Assembly (NCBI GenBank): GCA_030390025.1
Contig: CM059432.1
Coordinates: forward strand, 53,446,001-53,510,000
Length of the DNA: 64,000 bases
Origin: Squalus acanthias
Lineage: Eukaryota
Direction: 5' to 3'
Positions within the stretch are counted from its first letter, which is position 1; every line of letters starts with the position of its first letter. The notes below the pieces were generated by a model. That model was not told where the DNA came from. It was given only the letters and a program-made list of their open reading frames with translations, and ran no database searches. A program made the position numbers and the translations under genes. Positions 60,649-64,000 of the stretch are shown piece by piece.

Positions 60649-62852
60649 GGGAGCAGTTGCCCCCACAAAAACCAACATAAAAGGATGAAAATGAAAGAAG
60701 GCTGCATGGGCCCCTTAAATACAGCTGGCTGATAGACGTCAGCAGAGGCGAGCAGCAGACCCGAAACCACTAATTGGGCCGGGTAGCGCGCACGCAGAGA
60801 TTCAATAGGGCAATTAAGGTAAAATTTCAATTTCTGACTGGCTGAAAGCGGAGGCGGGACCGGAACCCGCCGACCACCTGACCCGCACCAAACCCGCCAC
60901 CAATGTTAAAATCGCGGCCATAATGGTTGAAAGAATAGCTGTCAATGGTGGAGCAGAGTACAAGAAGTAGATCAGTGCCCGTGGAGCGGATAGTGTATGA
61001 GCGACATTTGCCTGGGGGAGGTCACTGACTTCGAGTGGAGTGAGGTCATAGAGGGATTTGAGCGAGAAGATGAGAATGCAAAGGCATTTTGGGGATGCAG
61101 AGCTTTGTGCAAGAGAGGACACAGGCTACGTTATTCTAGGTAAGTTGTAATTTGTGGAGGGTAGGGGGGCTAGCAAGGAGTGTGTTCAAGTAGTTGAGCC
61201 TTGAGGTGATGAAGTCATACACTAGGGTCTCGGCAGAGGTGAGAGAGAGGAAAAAAATTGAATGTAGTGTGGGTGATGCAGATGCTAAGAATACTATCCT
61301 TTTAGTTCTAGCACCTTGAATCGAGACCAGCTGCTGCTGATTCAGGGAGCTGATTAAAACCTCATTCAAACTCCTGGTGTACATGAATCCAGGATGTAAA
61401 ACTGCCTTTCAGTTGGCACAACAGAAAAAAAGAATTGAAAATGTGTAAAAAGGCAGGCAAAATACAATTTTCTATTGTTTTTGTTTTTTGACTGGCTTAA
61501 CGTGGGTGTCATTGACTTTTCCGAACATGACTTATGAGGATGTTGCTAGTGACCTTCAGTAAAATTGACTTGGTTCAGTCCTGCTGAAAACTACAGTAAT
61601 TGTGTGTTTTATTTCACTATTAATAGCCAAAAGCACATAGCTGAGTTTAATACATTGTGAGTCAAATGCCAGCTCAGATTCCATATATGGTCAAACAAAA
61701 TCCCACAGGAATTATGCCAGCTCCATAGACAGCATAGCTCAGTTACATAGCACATCTGATCACTAACCCATAAAATCATATTGCACATTACTACTGCTAG
61801 AATCCTCTGGAGCAATAGCTGAGATTTCATCTTTCATTGGTATACACACCCACACACATATACACAAACTGAAGAAAGGTTTCCTGGAATATGTTTTTAA
61901 TTGACACTCAAAATTTCACCACTAGAGATCACTCTAACCCAGAAAGAAAAGAAATGAAATATGTCTTCGCATACTTCAAATATTAAAAATACAAATATGT
62001 AAAAGACTTCTCAACACTTTGTCTTATTTCTTTACCTTTAAAGTAGGATATGGTCACATGATGGTGAACTTGTTTTAAAACTGGGAGAAGCTTTCCAATG
62101 TTCACTAGTCCAAGTTAGATTGTAAACGCATGTATAAAGAATGCGGCTACAATTTCATAATAAGTAACAAGTAGCTTTTGGTAGGGGCACTGAGATTTAG
62201 TGAATGAAATCAAGTAAAGTTGTACCATCTGAAAGTTGAGGAAGTACTGAATTCAGTAATTTTATCAAATGCAATTTTAAATAAAAACTTTTCTACATTC
62301 CCCCCTCCCTTTTTCTGAAGGCACTGACTCTTGAATGGGGGAGATTGCACAGGGGCAAACAACCCTCCAGTACCTCGTCCAAGTGACCATTCTTCAAATG
62401 TAAGCCTCGACATTCCATTTAATTTAGTCTATTATTCTAAAATACAGCAATTAAATCAAACCCGCTGACACTTTGTGGGGTATGGCAGTGATGATGTATA
62501 TTGTGGGAGCTCTGTTGTGGATGTGAAATCTCCCAGATGGTTAATGCACTGGGTGTGAATTACTTCTCGTATTGTTTTACAGAACTGAAAGAGACCCAGT
62601 GATATAGCAATTAGACTACAATTTTATGTTTATAATACAGGTTCACGTTGACATCTGGTCTGGAATGTATCACATGATTTAGTTACTTGACACATTGCTG
62701 AGCAGTGACAATATCATGAACACCAGTATAATAAGCTATAGTATGAAATGCTAACAGTTAAATAGTAAACTACTTTCTTACATTTAGATGTTAAACATAA
62801 TGCTTAAAAAATGTAAACGGTTCAAGCTGTCTGGCATTTTCTTAATCTTTAC

Positions 62853-62904
62853 CAACTTCCTTTGCCGCGATATCTCCATCCGTTCTTCAATTTTCTTATA
62901 AAAT
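62853..62904 (-). CDS. Possible host-gene coding exon (52 nt; FYKKIEERMEISRQRKL)
   Basis: ttacag| acceptor, open frame and TTG|gtaaag donor in non-repetitive sequence. Confidence 0.3.
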
Positions 62905-64000
62905 CTGTAATTCAATCAATAGAATTAATTTAATACGACTCTCCAACAATTGCAGCTGATTATTTTTTTAAACTTTTTTCTAAGAGTTTGGCAGATTGAT
63001 CGACCATGAAGTATCACAGCAGAGCCTAATCATGTCCTTATCCGAAGTGCACAGATATGCACTTTCAAGTAGAGATCACTGAGTGGTGATCAGGAGCAGG
63101 AACTTGGCGGAATTTCCCCTCCCCTCACCGTAGCCCAGGGACATTGAGGACAATTGCAGCACTTGACTGCTGTCCCAGCCAAGATGAGTTAATTCAGAAC
63201 AAACTGGGAATTAAATAAGGGATCTTCCAGTTTAGTGGTCTGTAACTTGAGAAAAGCTTGTAACTTAAAGAAAATGTCATTTTTTAGCAGAATGTCAGGC
63301 GTTTGACCCTATATTCTTAATGAGTACAGTGTTAAAAGTGATAGGAACACTAACTATCACATTTCATACCAAAGGTGAAATTGCGTGACCTCAGATTGCT
63401 ATGGCCTGAATTAGAGCTAACTGGGATTGAGTGATCCAAAAGGTTTGATTTTAAATGTATTGCAAATACCATTTTATTTTATCATTTAAGTTTAAAAACA
63501 GATGCCAGAATGACAGTTTTCTCATGAAACATTTATTTATCCACTGAAAACAGACAGAAACAACAGGATTAATGTCATAACCAAGTGCACAAATAACAGT
63601 CTGAGGGGCCAAGACGTCCTCGTGGGTAAGATAATCGTTTCCCTGGCAACAGATAAGTGAGAAAGTTGATGTAGAGCCAGAGGAACCAATGAATGTCCTG
63701 AGTCCATAAAGGGTCCACAAATAAATAAATAGAAGGAAAACAAAGTAAAATGATACAATGAACTTCTGTTATTGGATAACAATTGCTGTTCTTTCAACAA
63801 CCAATGACCGACAGAGCCTGTCTATTGACTATGCCTTATTTCAGAAACACCTTCCTCTAACTGTGCATGATTGTATTGCTACATATTTTTATGAAGGTAG
63901 AGGTTATGGCACACTAAAACTGACAGGGGTCATTTTGACTTTGTGAGATAGTGTAAAACAGGTGATAACGAATTGGCAGCCTGTTTTACATCTCTCTCAA

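Larger units (their letters stand above)
56702..60919. mobile_element. Full-length two-gene Harbinger transposon
   Basis: TIRs GGCCTGCGATTTTA / TAAAATCGCGGCC, TSD ATA (56699-56701 and 60920-60922), convergent transposase and partner gene. Confidence 0.9.

Noticed and set aside
61520..61580. Possible minus-strand exon
   Set aside because: The translation resembles the L2 RT motif (SILLKVTSNIL), so it is likely an old LINE fragment.

Overview
Repeat-dense eukaryotic DNA. The CR1/L2/RTE LINE and Harbinger transposon landscape suggests a vertebrate, probably a cartilaginous fish; this is inference only. The centrepiece is a very young, essentially complete 12.8-kb endogenous retrovirus-like provirus on the minus strand (33876-46694), inserted into an L2 LINE. 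It has 1708-bp near-identical LTRs, a GGCA target-site duplication, and a tRNA-Arg(TCG)-type PBS that overlaps the gag ATG. Gag and pol are joined in frame by a UGA-CUAG readthrough context. Pol carries a degenerate tether RNase H plus a second RNase H. Env is not of the classical retroviral type: it resembles a Mononegavirales/errantivirus class I F protein and has an immunoglobulin-like domain at its N-terminus. This architecture best fits the lokiretrovirus lineage. A second, older and divergent member of the same lineage (LTR plus gag, 12934-14793) shares several cis-elements, including a covarying hairpin with a palindromic loop. The rest of the window holds at least four two-gene Harbinger transposons (one full-length with an intact transposase), Harbinger-derived non-autonomous elements, a three-copy MITE family, CR1/L2/RTE fragments and a few possible small host exons on the minus strand.
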